Source: an uncultured Candidatus Saccharibacteria bacterium (lineage in GTDB: Bacteria > Patescibacteriota > Saccharimonadia > Saccharimonadales > AWTP1-31). From it: a stretch of 64,000 nt of DNA. Location of the stretch: positions 1,034-65,033 of the forward strand of contig CALCZR010000058.1 in NCBI GenBank assembly GCA_937903325.1. Reading direction: 5' to 3'. Every line of letters begins with the position of its first letter. The first letter of the stretch is position 1. The position numbers and the translations under genes are program-made. Positions 28,268 through 36,835 of the stretch are shown here, piece after piece. The notes beneath the pieces were generated by a model. The model was not told where the DNA came from. It saw nothing but the letters and a program-made list of their open reading frames with translations, and searched no databases.

Positions 28268-28637
28268 CGGATAGCTCCTGTGCTAATTGAAAATCCATAA
28301 ATTTCCCTGTTGTTGAGTCCTTCTTTGGTACGAGAGTATCAACGACTGCATCTGTGCTTAGAGAGCCATATATGTGTGGGTATGTTCCGCCCTTGCCGCT
28401 AAGTGGTGCCTCGAACTTTACTTCTGGCTTAACTTTATCGAGATCTACCATCAACAGTAGTATGTCATTCCTGTCAGTGAAATGACGATTGAGCATTGCA
28501 ACTGTTTGATCTGGACTCGTTGCATGAATAAAACCGACTTCGTCGAGTGTTGAATCAATGGTCGATTGTATGTATTCGCCAGTTTCTTGTGCTTTGCTCC
28601 AAATATCTGGCGTTGAGGTAATAATGATGGTTTTCAT
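28260..28637 (-). CDS. DUF952 family protein
   Basis: GFIHAT and YPHIYGSL motifs characteristic of DUF952. Confidence 0.65.
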   Translation of the reverse strand: MKTIIITSTPDIWSKAQETGEYIQSTIDSTLDEVGFIHATSPDQTVAMLNRHFTDRNDILLLMVDLDKVKPEVKFEAPLSGKGGTYPHIYGSLSTDAVVDTLVPKKDSTTGKFMDFQLAQELSGV

Positions 28638-29197
28638 TTAACTATCTCATCTAATAACTCAGGGAGCTTAATAGTCTTAAAATGTCCTCTGTCTGTGTAT
28701 TCCTGGTATTCGATACCTTCTACTCTTTCTTTCAGTATTTCGACCGTCTTCACTACACTTGGCTCATCATCGCTTGAAATGAATACAGTTGTTTTAGCTG
28801 TGCGCGCCGGAAAACCAGTATCGATTTCGAAATCAAAGAAATCTGCGGTGTCAGAAACTTCGTAATTAAGTGGGTTTGTCCATGGGGCAACCAGCACAAC
28901 TTTACCAACTTTTTTATCTTTATTCTCACTCAACCATCGTACCAAAAAACCGCCACCGCAACTGTGACCTACAAGTATTGTCTCTGGCGTAATGTCAAAA
29001 CGCTCAAATTCTTGCTTCCATTCTTCATAGCGAGGGCGGAATGGAAACGGCGGTTCGATTGATACGGCATGAATATCTTTGAGAATTAACTGGCGTTGCA
29101 ACCATGCAAACCAATAGTTCTGGTTATTACTCGGTAAGCTTGGGTCATAATGCTCATCTTTGTCTGGTCTACCTGGTACTAATATCGCATTCTTCAT
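28634..29197 (-). CDS. YdeN/RBBP9-type serine hydrolase (alpha/beta fold)
   Basis: LVGHSCGGGF nucleophile elbow, about 185 aa as in the Ser_hydrolase family. Confidence 0.65.
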   Translation of the reverse strand: MKNAILVPGRPDKDEHYDPSLPSNNQNYWFAWLQRQLILKDIHAVSIEPPFPFRPRYEEWKQEFERFDITPETILVGHSCGGGFLVRWLSENKDKKVGKVVLVAPWTNPLNYEVSDTADFFDFEIDTGFPARTAKTTVFISSDDEPSVVKTVEILKERVEGIEYQEYTDRGHFKTIKLPELLDEIVK

Positions 29198-29640
29198 AGA
29201 GAAACTCTCTTATCTACATAGAAACCGTCCTTAGTTTCTCCATCATTCGTCCAGCCTTCTTTTGTAACAGCTTTGTAGATTCTGGTTGGAGCATCGCCAG
29301 TGCAGTTTTCTCGGTCAAGCTTAAATACAGTTGTAGATTTGTTATAGCGTTCAATTGCAGAATCGAGCTCTTCATCAGGAATTTCACTAGCCTGTGCGCG
29401 AAGATACAGGCCAACACCCTCACCTTCAGGTAGCGTAGAGTCGAAGATCGTTACATATATGTTGGGGTTTTGGCTGATATTTTTTGAATGCTGAGTATCA
29501 GCTGGCGACCACCAGTAGATATCGTGGTTGTCATCAAAAACATACCATACTGGCGCAGCCCATGGTGCTCCGTCTGCATCTATAGTCGATATAGTGGCGT
29601 ATCGTATCTTTTCGAGTATCTTTTTGCCAGTCTCCGTCAT
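29194..29640 (-). CDS. pyridoxamine 5'-phosphate oxidase family protein
   Basis: ATISTIDADGAPWAAPVWYVFD...HSKNISQNP pattern typical of PNPOx-like FMN-binding split-barrel proteins. Confidence 0.65.
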   Translation of the reverse strand: MTETGKKILEKIRYATISTIDADGAPWAAPVWYVFDDNHDIYWWSPADTQHSKNISQNPNIYVTIFDSTLPEGEGVGLYLRAQASEIPDEELDSAIERYNKSTTVFKLDRENCTGDAPTRIYKAVTKEGWTNDGETKDGFYVDKRVSL

Positions 29641-29641
29641 A

Positions 29642-30232
29642 TTATGCAGCTGCCTTTATAAATTTACGTTCAACCCAACCGTTGTTCTGTTCTTCATATG
29701 TCAGATCAGTTGGCTCAAAACCCAGTTTTGTTAACACAGCAACACTACCTGGATTATTATCTTCACAGTAGGCTATAAAATTCTCGACGTGTAATACGTC
29801 TTGGGCCGTCTCCATGACTCGTTGTACTGCATCAGGAATAAGACCATTACCTCGCTCAACTGGATCAAGGAAATAACCAAATCCATAATCATTCGGGCTG
29901 TCTGGTGCATCAAAGGGGTTATCTATGTCTCGCCAAAATGAGACAAGGCCTACCGGCCTATCTGCTGCAAGAAGCGTATAGCGCACAGTGTGGGGATCAT
30001 CTTGATATGTTTCAACTTCTGCTGCAACATCTTCCGGTGAATGCATGCGTGATGCCACTGAGACTCGATCACGGATTGATGGATCGGCTTCTAGTATTTC
30101 TAGCATTCTCTGTGCATCTTCAGCTTCCATGGGCCGCAGTGTTACACCATCCCGAACTTGGATTTCTTTGAGCTCACTAATGCCGTGAAGATTCCTGGGG
30201 CTTGGCTGCAAAGTGTCTATATTTCTATCCAT
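29642..30232 (-). CDS. GNAT family N-acetyltransferase (RimJ/RimL-like)
   Basis: GYFLDPVERGNGLIPDAV motif A region and size. Confidence 0.7.
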   Translation of the reverse strand: MDRNIDTLQPSPRNLHGISELKEIQVRDGVTLRPMEAEDAQRMLEILEADPSIRDRVSVASRMHSPEDVAAEVETYQDDPHTVRYTLLAADRPVGLVSFWRDIDNPFDAPDSPNDYGFGYFLDPVERGNGLIPDAVQRVMETAQDVLHVENFIAYCEDNNPGSVAVLTKLGFEPTDLTYEEQNNGWVERKFIKAAA

Positions 30233-30235
30233 ACT

Positions 30236-30565
30236 TTAAGCCCTCTCTTCAAACCAGGACTTATCCCGATTAAACTGCCACGGGTCACGTGTATTCGATT
30301 TGTGAACGGTAATATCACGCCAAACATCACCGACAACGTAAGGCTCCTTATCGAGCCAGTTTTGAAGTTCTTTTTCTGACGGGAAATCAACCAAAATCAT
30401 GGAGCCTTTCATCGAACCATCGTCATGAAGCAAGGCTGCTCCGTACCACATATTGCCAGACTTCAGTAGATCGTCACCCATGTCTATATGTTGCTGACGA
30501 ACTTTTTGACGACGTGCTGGAGCATCGGCATCTGTCCCATCTAGCCCAATTACAACGAACTGCAT
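30236..30565 (-). CDS. YciI family protein
   Basis: Starts at the internal ATG (MQFVVIGLDG), 1 nt after the upstream stop. HID...GAALLHDDGSMKGSMILVDF pattern of YciI-like proteins. Confidence 0.6.
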   Translation of the reverse strand: MQFVVIGLDGTDADAPARRQKVRQQHIDMGDDLLKSGNMWYGAALLHDDGSMKGSMILVDFPSEKELQNWLDKEPYVVGDVWRDITVHKSNTRDPWQFNRDKSWFEERA

Positions 30566-30566
30566 G

Positions 30567-31448
30567 TTATTTTTCCTCTCCAAAGCCCAAGTAGTTACCC
30601 GCATACCTCGTACCATTTAGCTCATGCCATAGCGCACAAACACCAGCGGTGTAGCTAATCGCTAATCCAAAGCTGTCTTTCTCTTCTTGTGTAAGTGGCT
30701 TGGTTGCCACTTCGTCATATCCTGAAAATAACATGTCGATAATTTCTTCTCTGGTGTAATCAGTTTCTAGGCGCATAGATAGGAAGGTGCGTGCTAAGTC
30801 AATAATGCGATAGTTATGTTCGGCTGTCTCCATATCGAACACCGCAGTTACCTCATCGCCTTCAGCAAATACATTACCGAGCCACAAGTCTCCGTGAATA
30901 AGTGTTTGTGGAAGATCGGTTTGGAACAGCTGCTCACCATCTGCGATGAGCTTTGTGATAGCTGGCTTTAGCCCACCTTCATATTTTTCAAGATCTTCAT
31001 GGACGTTCTTGGGCTGAAACCATTGCATCTTACTGAAAGGGACGTCAGTGTCCTCAAGCGCGTCGTGAAACTGTGCCAAGGTTGACCCGAAACTACGAAT
31101 AAGACCGAATGAAGCAATTTTTGGAACTTCACCTGCGATACGTTCACTTAAAGTAAAGGCCAGGCCATTGTGTTCACCGACATGCTTACCATTATCAAAC
31201 GTCAGGTAGTGAGGGGTACCAATGCCAACCTCGGCTAGTCGGTGCTGCATTTCGACTTCGCGTTCAACCGTCTCAGGAAGTTGGAGTTTAAGAATTCGCA
31301 TGACAAATTCTGTACCATTGGCAGCTCTCAAGTTATAGGCATCGTTGGCAAAAGCATCACCGTTCTTTTCACTGGCAGCCAGCTCATCGGGTGCATAGTG
31401 ATGAAACAGTTCACTGAGGTCAGGAGTGGTAAGCGGCGCCTTAGTCAT
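30567..31448 (-). CDS. aminoglycoside phosphotransferase (APH) family kinase
   Basis: Catalytic loop LIHGDLWLGN and VFDMETA (DxD-type) motifs. Confidence 0.75.
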   Translation of the reverse strand: MTKAPLTTPDLSELFHHYAPDELAASEKNGDAFANDAYNLRAANGTEFVMRILKLQLPETVEREVEMQHRLAEVGIGTPHYLTFDNGKHVGEHNGLAFTLSERIAGEVPKIASFGLIRSFGSTLAQFHDALEDTDVPFSKMQWFQPKNVHEDLEKYEGGLKPAITKLIADGEQLFQTDLPQTLIHGDLWLGNVFAEGDEVTAVFDMETAEHNYRIIDLARTFLSMRLETDYTREEIIDMLFSGYDEVATKPLTQEEKDSFGLAISYTAGVCALWHELNGTRYAGNYLGFGEEK

Positions 31449-32473
31449 TACTTGCTTACCAATCCGTTTAACCTATCAGCAGTAGCGTCATCGACTTCGA
31501 TTTCTTGTACATTCTCAGCAAAACGACGATTGTTCTCTTCGCCAGGAAGTCGTATTTCTGTACCTTCTTTAGGCTTCTGTGACTTCAATTCAGTGTTTAG
31601 TGAGTCTACGGACTTTGCAAAGTCATCGCTCGTACCCATTGCTTTGGGATTAAATACGATAAGAACAGCACCATGTTCTTCCGGCACGAAGTTATCACTC
31701 ATTTCTGGGCTAGATGGCTGGCCTATGAGGCCACTGGTCAATAGCTCAAGGAGGTAGACCAGATAGTAGCCTTTGTAGCTACCACCCATGGGGACAATGT
31801 TACTCACGGGATCATTCGGATCGCTCTCTGGATCAACTGCTTCTTTGGCGTCCGTGGTAAAGTTGCCGCTACGATCAACGGCGGCGTTTTCTTGCAAGGG
31901 CTTACCACTCTTTAAGCTATCCATGAATTCAAAGAAAGGAATTTGCGAGGTTGCCATATCCACGCAGTGAATGTCTCCGTCTTTACCAGGGAAGCCATAG
32001 GCCATAGGGTTGGTACCAAACACACCGCGTGTTCCGTTGTGGGGCACAACCGCGCTGGGGCCGCCATTGCATACGGCAATTGCCACCAGCCCGCGCTTAG
32101 CAAGCCCCTGTACCCAAGCATGAAGGGTATGCATACTCTGCGAGTTAACGAACGAAGCCATGGCTATACCGTTTTTTACAGAACGTTCCTCAAGTTCATC
32201 GTGAATCCTCTTGATATACACCAACGGGCCCTGGCTACGGAAGTCTATCGACAAATACGATGGCAGATCGACTTTGTAGGCGATTGCATGGTCTTTATTC
32301 TTGATACTTGCTTCAAGATCACCAACAGTAGACTTTAATGGGTTAGAGCGAGGCGACTTCCGTATATGTGTCTCGATTGATTCATCGGCAAAATATTCAG
32401 CTTCCTTCAGTGAAACTACTTGCGATGCGGCAGCAATGAGTTTTTTCCGCAAGTCCTCTGTACTAATTTTCAT
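31448..32473 (-). CDS. Ldh_2 family (malate/L-lactate/ureidoglycolate-type) dehydrogenase
   Basis: VFGTNPMAYGFP motif and overall length. Starts at the internal ATG (MKISTEDL). Confidence 0.75.
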   Translation of the reverse strand: MKISTEDLRKKLIAAASQVVSLKEAEYFADESIETHIRKSPRSNPLKSTVGDLEASIKNKDHAIAYKVDLPSYLSIDFRSQGPLVYIKRIHDELEERSVKNGIAMASFVNSQSMHTLHAWVQGLAKRGLVAIAVCNGGPSAVVPHNGTRGVFGTNPMAYGFPGKDGDIHCVDMATSQIPFFEFMDSLKSGKPLQENAAVDRSGNFTTDAKEAVDPESDPNDPVSNIVPMGGSYKGYYLVYLLELLTSGLIGQPSSPEMSDNFVPEEHGAVLIVFNPKAMGTSDDFAKSVDSLNTELKSQKPKEGTEIRLPGEENNRRFAENVQEIEVDDATADRLNGLVSK

Positions 32474-32954
32474 CAGGAATCTCCTTGTTTGAGTAGTAAA
32501 CATTCGTAATCGACAAGTCACTGAGCCACTTTTGCAGAGCTTTATAAAGCTTCTCGTAGTAGCCTTGTTTGTATGCCTCTGTGGTTACCCACCAACTAGC
32601 ATCTACATCGTAGCCCAGCAGTTCCCCTGTAAGTGGTGTGCGTAGACCCATTGGGTATAGATAAAAACAGCCGATGTATGTACCAGGCATATCATAAACT
32701 GCATAAGCAAATGAGTCTCCGTCTCGAAACTCGCGTTCGTGCCAAGCAAGGTCTAGTACATCAAATTCCTCCGATACGGGTTCGGATGGCCATGTGCCGC
32801 CGCGTGTTTTTCGTATAATCTCTAGGCTGGAGTTGACCGCCTCCATGTCGGCTTTTAGGTCTGTCCGAGTTAGAGTTTTTGCCCGAAGATCTTCATACTC
32901 AAGCTCTCTCGGAGCCTGAAAGTTTAATTTTTTTGTAAGTTCTGCGTAGTTCAT
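32463..32954 (-). CDS. GNAT-like acetyltransferase family protein
   Basis: The DLAWHEREF...FAYAVY...IGCFYLYP pattern recalls a GNAT subfamily. Moderate confidence only. Confidence 0.5.
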   Translation of the reverse strand: MNYAELTKKLNFQAPRELEYEDLRAKTLTRTDLKADMEAVNSSLEIIRKTRGGTWPSEPVSEEFDVLDLAWHEREFRDGDSFAYAVYDMPGTYIGCFYLYPMGLRTPLTGELLGYDVDASWWVTTEAYKQGYYEKLYKALQKWLSDLSITNVYYSNKEIPDEN

Positions 32955-33340
32955 TACTCTAAGTTCTCGTCCAAGAACTGCTTAAGTGCTTCCATGTCTT
33001 CTTTTGTGTGGTCATAAAAATACGTTGCGATGCCTACTGATTCTGCGGTCTTGGCAGCTTCCGCACTGTGTTCAAAATAGACTACATCTTCTGGCTTGAG
33101 GCCGTATTTATCTAATAGAATCTGAAAGTATTGTGGGTCAGTCTTTTCGAGGTCATGCTTGAGGGTAAACACATCATAAGGCACTTGGTCTAGCTTGAAA
33201 TGCTTAAACTGCTCATCATTTGCACCTGTTAATACGATCTTATTGTTAGGGTAGGTTTCTAGGAGCTGGTGCATTGACTGTAAGATACTGCCATCTTCTA
33301 GAACTAAACCATTGATTGCGTCTACCAGTATTGTTTTCAT
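32954..33340 (-). CDS. HAD-like hydrolase (short form)
   Basis: N-terminal MKTILVDAINGLV (degenerate DxD motif I) and a C-terminal VYFEHS...A region. Starts at an internal ATG. Confidence 0.5.
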   Translation of the reverse strand: MKTILVDAINGLVLEDGSILQSMHQLLETYPNNKIVLTGANDEQFKHFKLDQVPYDVFTLKHDLEKTDPQYFQILLDKYGLKPEDVVYFEHSAEAAKTAESVGIATYFYDHTKEDMEALKQFLDENLE

Positions 33341-33508
33341 ACCTATAAGTATACCGTAAGATAACCACATCTATACCATTACTCTCCCATAATGCAAAAA
33401 TCGAGAGAAATCACTAACGATCTCTCCCGAAAGGCTGGAACATTTTGACTGTACCACGCTCAATTAATACAACCATGAGAGTAAAATAGTGTTAAAATCC
33501 ATTCCATT

Positions 33509-33820
33509 ATGAGTAAATCCAAAACATTCGTATTCGACGGGGGAGCCGGGACATATTGGCTCAATAGTTTTCTAGCATTCTTAATTACCATCCTTACACT
33601 AGGGATCTGCTATCCGTATGCTTTAGTCCTTAAACAACGTTGGATTGCCAATCACACGATTGTGGAGGGTAGAAGGCTAAAGTTTACGGGTACCGGAATT
33701 GGTCTTTTTGGAAACTGGATTAAGTGGCTGGTACTTATTGTCATCACTGTAGGTATTTATAGTATCTGGGTTACTCCTCGCGTTCACAGGTGGGTGGTAG
33801 AGCATACTGATTTCGCCTAA
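33509..33820 (+). CDS. DUF898 (YjgN)-like small membrane protein
   Basis: F.FDGGAGTYW...TLGICYPYA...RRLKFTGTG pattern, two TM segments. Confidence 0.5.
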   Translation: MSKSKTFVFDGGAGTYWLNSFLAFLITILTLGICYPYALVLKQRWIANHTIVEGRRLKFTGTGIGLFGNWIKWLVLIVITVGIYSIWVTPRVHRWVVEHTDFA

Positions 33821-33932
33821 AGATTTAAGAAATATTTAAGATTTAGATACATGCATACTGCTTATGTATATAATAATGTTTGTATTTGTTCAAGTTTGTG
33901 TGTTAGATTATTTACATACACGGAGGAGTACC

Positions 33933-34271
33933 ATGCGGGGTAGAAGCAAACTTAGACTAGCAGCATTTACAGTCAGCGTTTTCCAATTGGTTTATGCTCA
34001 CCCCGTCTTCGCTGCCACTGGCGGCGTAAGCAATGTAGAGAACTTTATTAAGTCCATCATTGCCGTCCTCTCTGCTATCGCCGGCCTTGTCGCAACACTA
34101 TTCCTGGTTGTTGGCGGTATCGGCTATATAACAAGCTCTGGCAATCCAGACAACCTTGACCGCGCCAAGCGAACTATTATGCACTCGCTCTACGGCTTAG
34201 CTATTGTCATCGGTGCATTCGTGGTTAGTAATATCGTTACCGAACTTGCAACAAAGGCGTTTGGGAGTTAG
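33933..34271 (+). CDS. type IV secretion pilin-like protein (VirB2 analogue, T4SS_pilin-like)
   Basis: ATG with GGAGGAG 5 nt upstream, signal peptide ending AHPVFAA, two TM helices flanking GYITSSGNPDNLDRAKR. Confidence 0.7.
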   Translation: MRGRSKLRLAAFTVSVFQLVYAHPVFAATGGVSNVENFIKSIIAVLSAIAGLVATLFLVVGGIGYITSSGNPDNLDRAKRTIMHSLYGLAIVIGAFVVSNIVTELATKAFGS

Positions 34272-34279
34272 GAACCAAG

Positions 34280-35728
34280 ATGTTGGGAATATCCGCCATG
34301 CCGCTCAGCATCATGGCCGATTCAGCGTCGGCTGCTTCCGTCATGCAAGCCTATGTTGCACCTGCCATTAGAACGCTCTGTGCCGTCGCATCAGTAGCTT
34401 GTATATTCTTCGTCATTTACGGTGGCTATAACTATATGACCAGTGCCGGTAACCCGGAGAGTCTTGCTCATGCCAAGAGAGTTATTAGGAATGCACTGCT
34501 TGGGCTTATCATTGTCATTGCTGCTGCAACACTTACCACAATCCTCACTAATGCTTACGGCGGCACTCACGTATCACAAGGCTCAAATCTACCGCAACTG
34601 CAAGCTATTGAACCAGATAAACCAAGTAATATCGTGGTGGCCGTCATTATTCGCGCCATCACTGGTGTACTTAACAATATCATCCAATCAGTCGCACAGC
34701 CCTTCTTAAGTGCCTTGTCGTATTTCACTACATCTACGGAACTTCTTGCCAAGAACTCGGCTGTCTTTAACTTGTGGCTAAGCATGGTCGGCATTACTGA
34801 TGCTTTATTTGTACTGGTAGTCGCCCTGGTTGGTTTTCATGTCATGAGTGCAACGACATTTGGTTTTGAAGAGATTGAATTCAAGCACCTATTACCTCGA
34901 CTGGCTCTTATCTTCCTGGCCATGAACACGTCAATTTTCCTCATTGACGGCATCATACAGGTCAGCAACGTCATGATTCGTGCCATTTCAGCAGCTGCCG
35001 GTGAAACTTCCATATGGAATGTATTAACGTTAGTCGTGAAACAATCTGGCAGTCAAAGCATAGCAGCACTGCTCATCATGATCGTGTTCCTCGTGTTCTC
35101 GGTCATTCTACTGGTTTACTATGTTGGACGACTGATTACCCTCTATATTGGGGCAGTCCTGTCTCCACTCGTTCTCTTAGCGTGGCTCATCCCAGGTTTT
35201 CGTGACTTTTCGGAGACTGCCGCCAAAACCTACCTAACCACCATCTTTGTACTGTTCGTACACGTCGTCATCTTGCAGCTATCCGCTTCGCTATTTATTG
35301 GTCTTGGGACGAGCGATCAGGTGCCTAACGTCTTGATGTCTATGGTAACTGGCCTTGCAACCCTAATTGCACTACTTAAAACCCAAAGTGTCATGATGCA
35401 GTTTAGCTACGTCAGCGGCGGTGCCCGCAACGCTCGTAAGCTAGGTGGCCAATTTGTAAACGGCGTTAGCCACATTACAACTCGTGGCGCAAAAGCCGCA
35501 GCCACCGTCACCGGTATTAAGAAAGTGATGTCTCGAAGCGAAGCTGGTAGCTCAAAGTCACCTACCAACAAACATTCAGATCCAAATCATACTCAACCGT
35601 TTTCAAATCGACCAAACACCAGTACCACACCTGCAAAACAAACCAACCGACCCAAGACCGGCACCACTACCAAAGCACCGAAACAATTATCTGAAGCAAA
35701 GGTTTCCAAGCCTATGGAGAAGAAATGA
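34280..35728 (+). CDS. fusion of a second pilin-like module with a polytopic VirB6/TrbL-like membrane domain
   Basis: The N terminus repeats the pilin motif (NYMTSAGNPESLAHAKR). At least 6 further TM segments follow, then a basic Thr/Pro/Lys-rich tail. Confidence 0.65.
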   Translation: MLGISAMPLSIMADSASAASVMQAYVAPAIRTLCAVASVACIFFVIYGGYNYMTSAGNPESLAHAKRVIRNALLGLIIVIAAATLTTILTNAYGGTHVSQGSNLPQLQAIEPDKPSNIVVAVIIRAITGVLNNIIQSVAQPFLSALSYFTTSTELLAKNSAVFNLWLSMVGITDALFVLVVALVGFHVMSATTFGFEEIEFKHLLPRLALIFLAMNTSIFLIDGIIQVSNVMIRAISAAAGETSIWNVLTLVVKQSGSQSIAALLIMIVFLVFSVILLVYYVGRLITLYIGAVLSPLVLLAWLIPGFRDFSETAAKTYLTTIFVLFVHVVILQLSASLFIGLGTSDQVPNVLMSMVTGLATLIALLKTQSVMMQFSYVSGGARNARKLGGQFVNGVSHITTRGAKAAATVTGIKKVMSRSEAGSSKSPTNKHSDPNHTQPFSNRPNTSTTPAKQTNRPKTGTTTKAPKQLSEAKVSKPMEKK

Positions 35729-36240
35729 AAGCAACCGTCGTCCCAGCTCAAATCACCACCATCGAAGACCGCATAGTCGGCAGCCTTGGAATGTCGCAGC
35801 TTGTGCTACTCATATTGCCAGTCATCCTTGGCGGTGGACTATTCATTGTCTTGCCGCCCACCATGCACTTAGCTCCTTACAAAATATCACTCATCGCCCT
35901 ACTAGCAGTCTTTTGTGCGACCATGTCGATCCGAATTAAAGGTCGGATCATACTACTATGGCTCGTTACGATTCTCCGCTATAACATCCGGCCTCGGTAC
36001 TACGTGTTCAACAAACGAAGTCAGCGTGGACGCGAGCAATATCTGCATGCTGTAGAACAAGAGCCGCCCAAAGAGAAAGAAACAAAGACAGTTACCAAGC
36101 TTAAAGAGTTACGCCTGAGCACCGCTGAGATTATCCAAGTCGAACGACTATTGGCCGATCCAGCAGCAAATGTTTTTTATGCAACTGACAAGAAAGGAAG
36201 ACTCAATGTCCGTATTACAGAAGTCAAACCGGAAAGCTAG
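35725..36240 (+). CDS. PrgI family (VirB3-like) T4SS membrane protein
   Basis: VPAQITTIEDRIVGSLGMSQLV followed by two TM helices. 4-nt overlap with the upstream gene. Confidence 0.65.
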   Translation: MKATVVPAQITTIEDRIVGSLGMSQLVLLILPVILGGGLFIVLPPTMHLAPYKISLIALLAVFCATMSIRIKGRIILLWLVTILRYNIRPRYYVFNKRSQRGREQYLHAVEQEPPKEKETKTVTKLKELRLSTAEIIQVERLLADPAANVFYATDKKGRLNVRITEVKPES

Positions 36241-36835
36241 CGCCCGCGACCAAATTGACATCCAAAGTGTCAAAAATGGAGTACTGATTCTGCCTGGCAA
36301 TAAATATCGAAAAGTCCTGAACGTTTCGCCAGTCAACTTTGAACTGCGCAGCGAAGACGAGCAGGATGCCATCATCGACACCTACGAAAGTTTCCTAAAC
36401 TCACTCGGTCATCCCTTACAGATTCTTATCCGCACCAGAGAACTCGATATGGATAAGTACTTAAGCGAACTCACGGACAAGCTGGCTGGTGAGGAAGTCC
36501 CTATCTACAAGCAACAACTGAAAAACTACGACGAGTTCATTAGGTCGCTCATCACCACCAACAAGATCTTATCTCGTTATTTCTACGTGATTGTGCCCTA
36601 TGACTTCACCGGTAAACTCGACTTCGACAGTATCCTAGAGCAACTTAACCTACGAGTCGATATTGTACAGAAAGGGCTGGCACGACTAGGTATGCAGTCA
36701 TCTGAACTTGGCAATCTCGAAGTGCTTGATCTGTTCTATAGCTTCTACAATCCGGAACAATCCAAGATCCAGCCGCTCACCAGTCAGGCGCTTGAATTGC
36801 TCCATACATCATTTATTAAAAAGGAGGCAGTATGA
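36206..36835 (+). CDS. VirB4-like protein, N-terminal domain encoded as a separate ORF
   Basis: The IDIQSVKNGVLIL..YRKVLNVSPVNFELRSEDEQDAIIDTYESFLNSL pattern is as at the N terminus of Gram-positive VirB4 homologues (Tn916 Orf16 / TrsE type). Confidence 0.65.
   Translation: MSVLQKSNRKASARDQIDIQSVKNGVLILPGNKYRKVLNVSPVNFELRSEDEQDAIIDTYESFLNSLGHPLQILIRTRELDMDKYLSELTDKLAGEEVPIYKQQLKNYDEFIRSLITTNKILSRYFYVIVPYDFTGKLDFDSILEQLNLRVDIVQKGLARLGMQSSELGNLEVLDLFYSFYNPEQSKIQPLTSQALELLHTSFIKKEAV

Noticed and set aside
33840-33932. A defined promoter for the T4SS operon (a TGTATATAAT extended -10-like sequence and a tandem ATTTAAGA repeat).
   Set aside because: The region is very AT-rich and I could not pair the -10 with a convincing -35. 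This is too weak to annotate as a feature.
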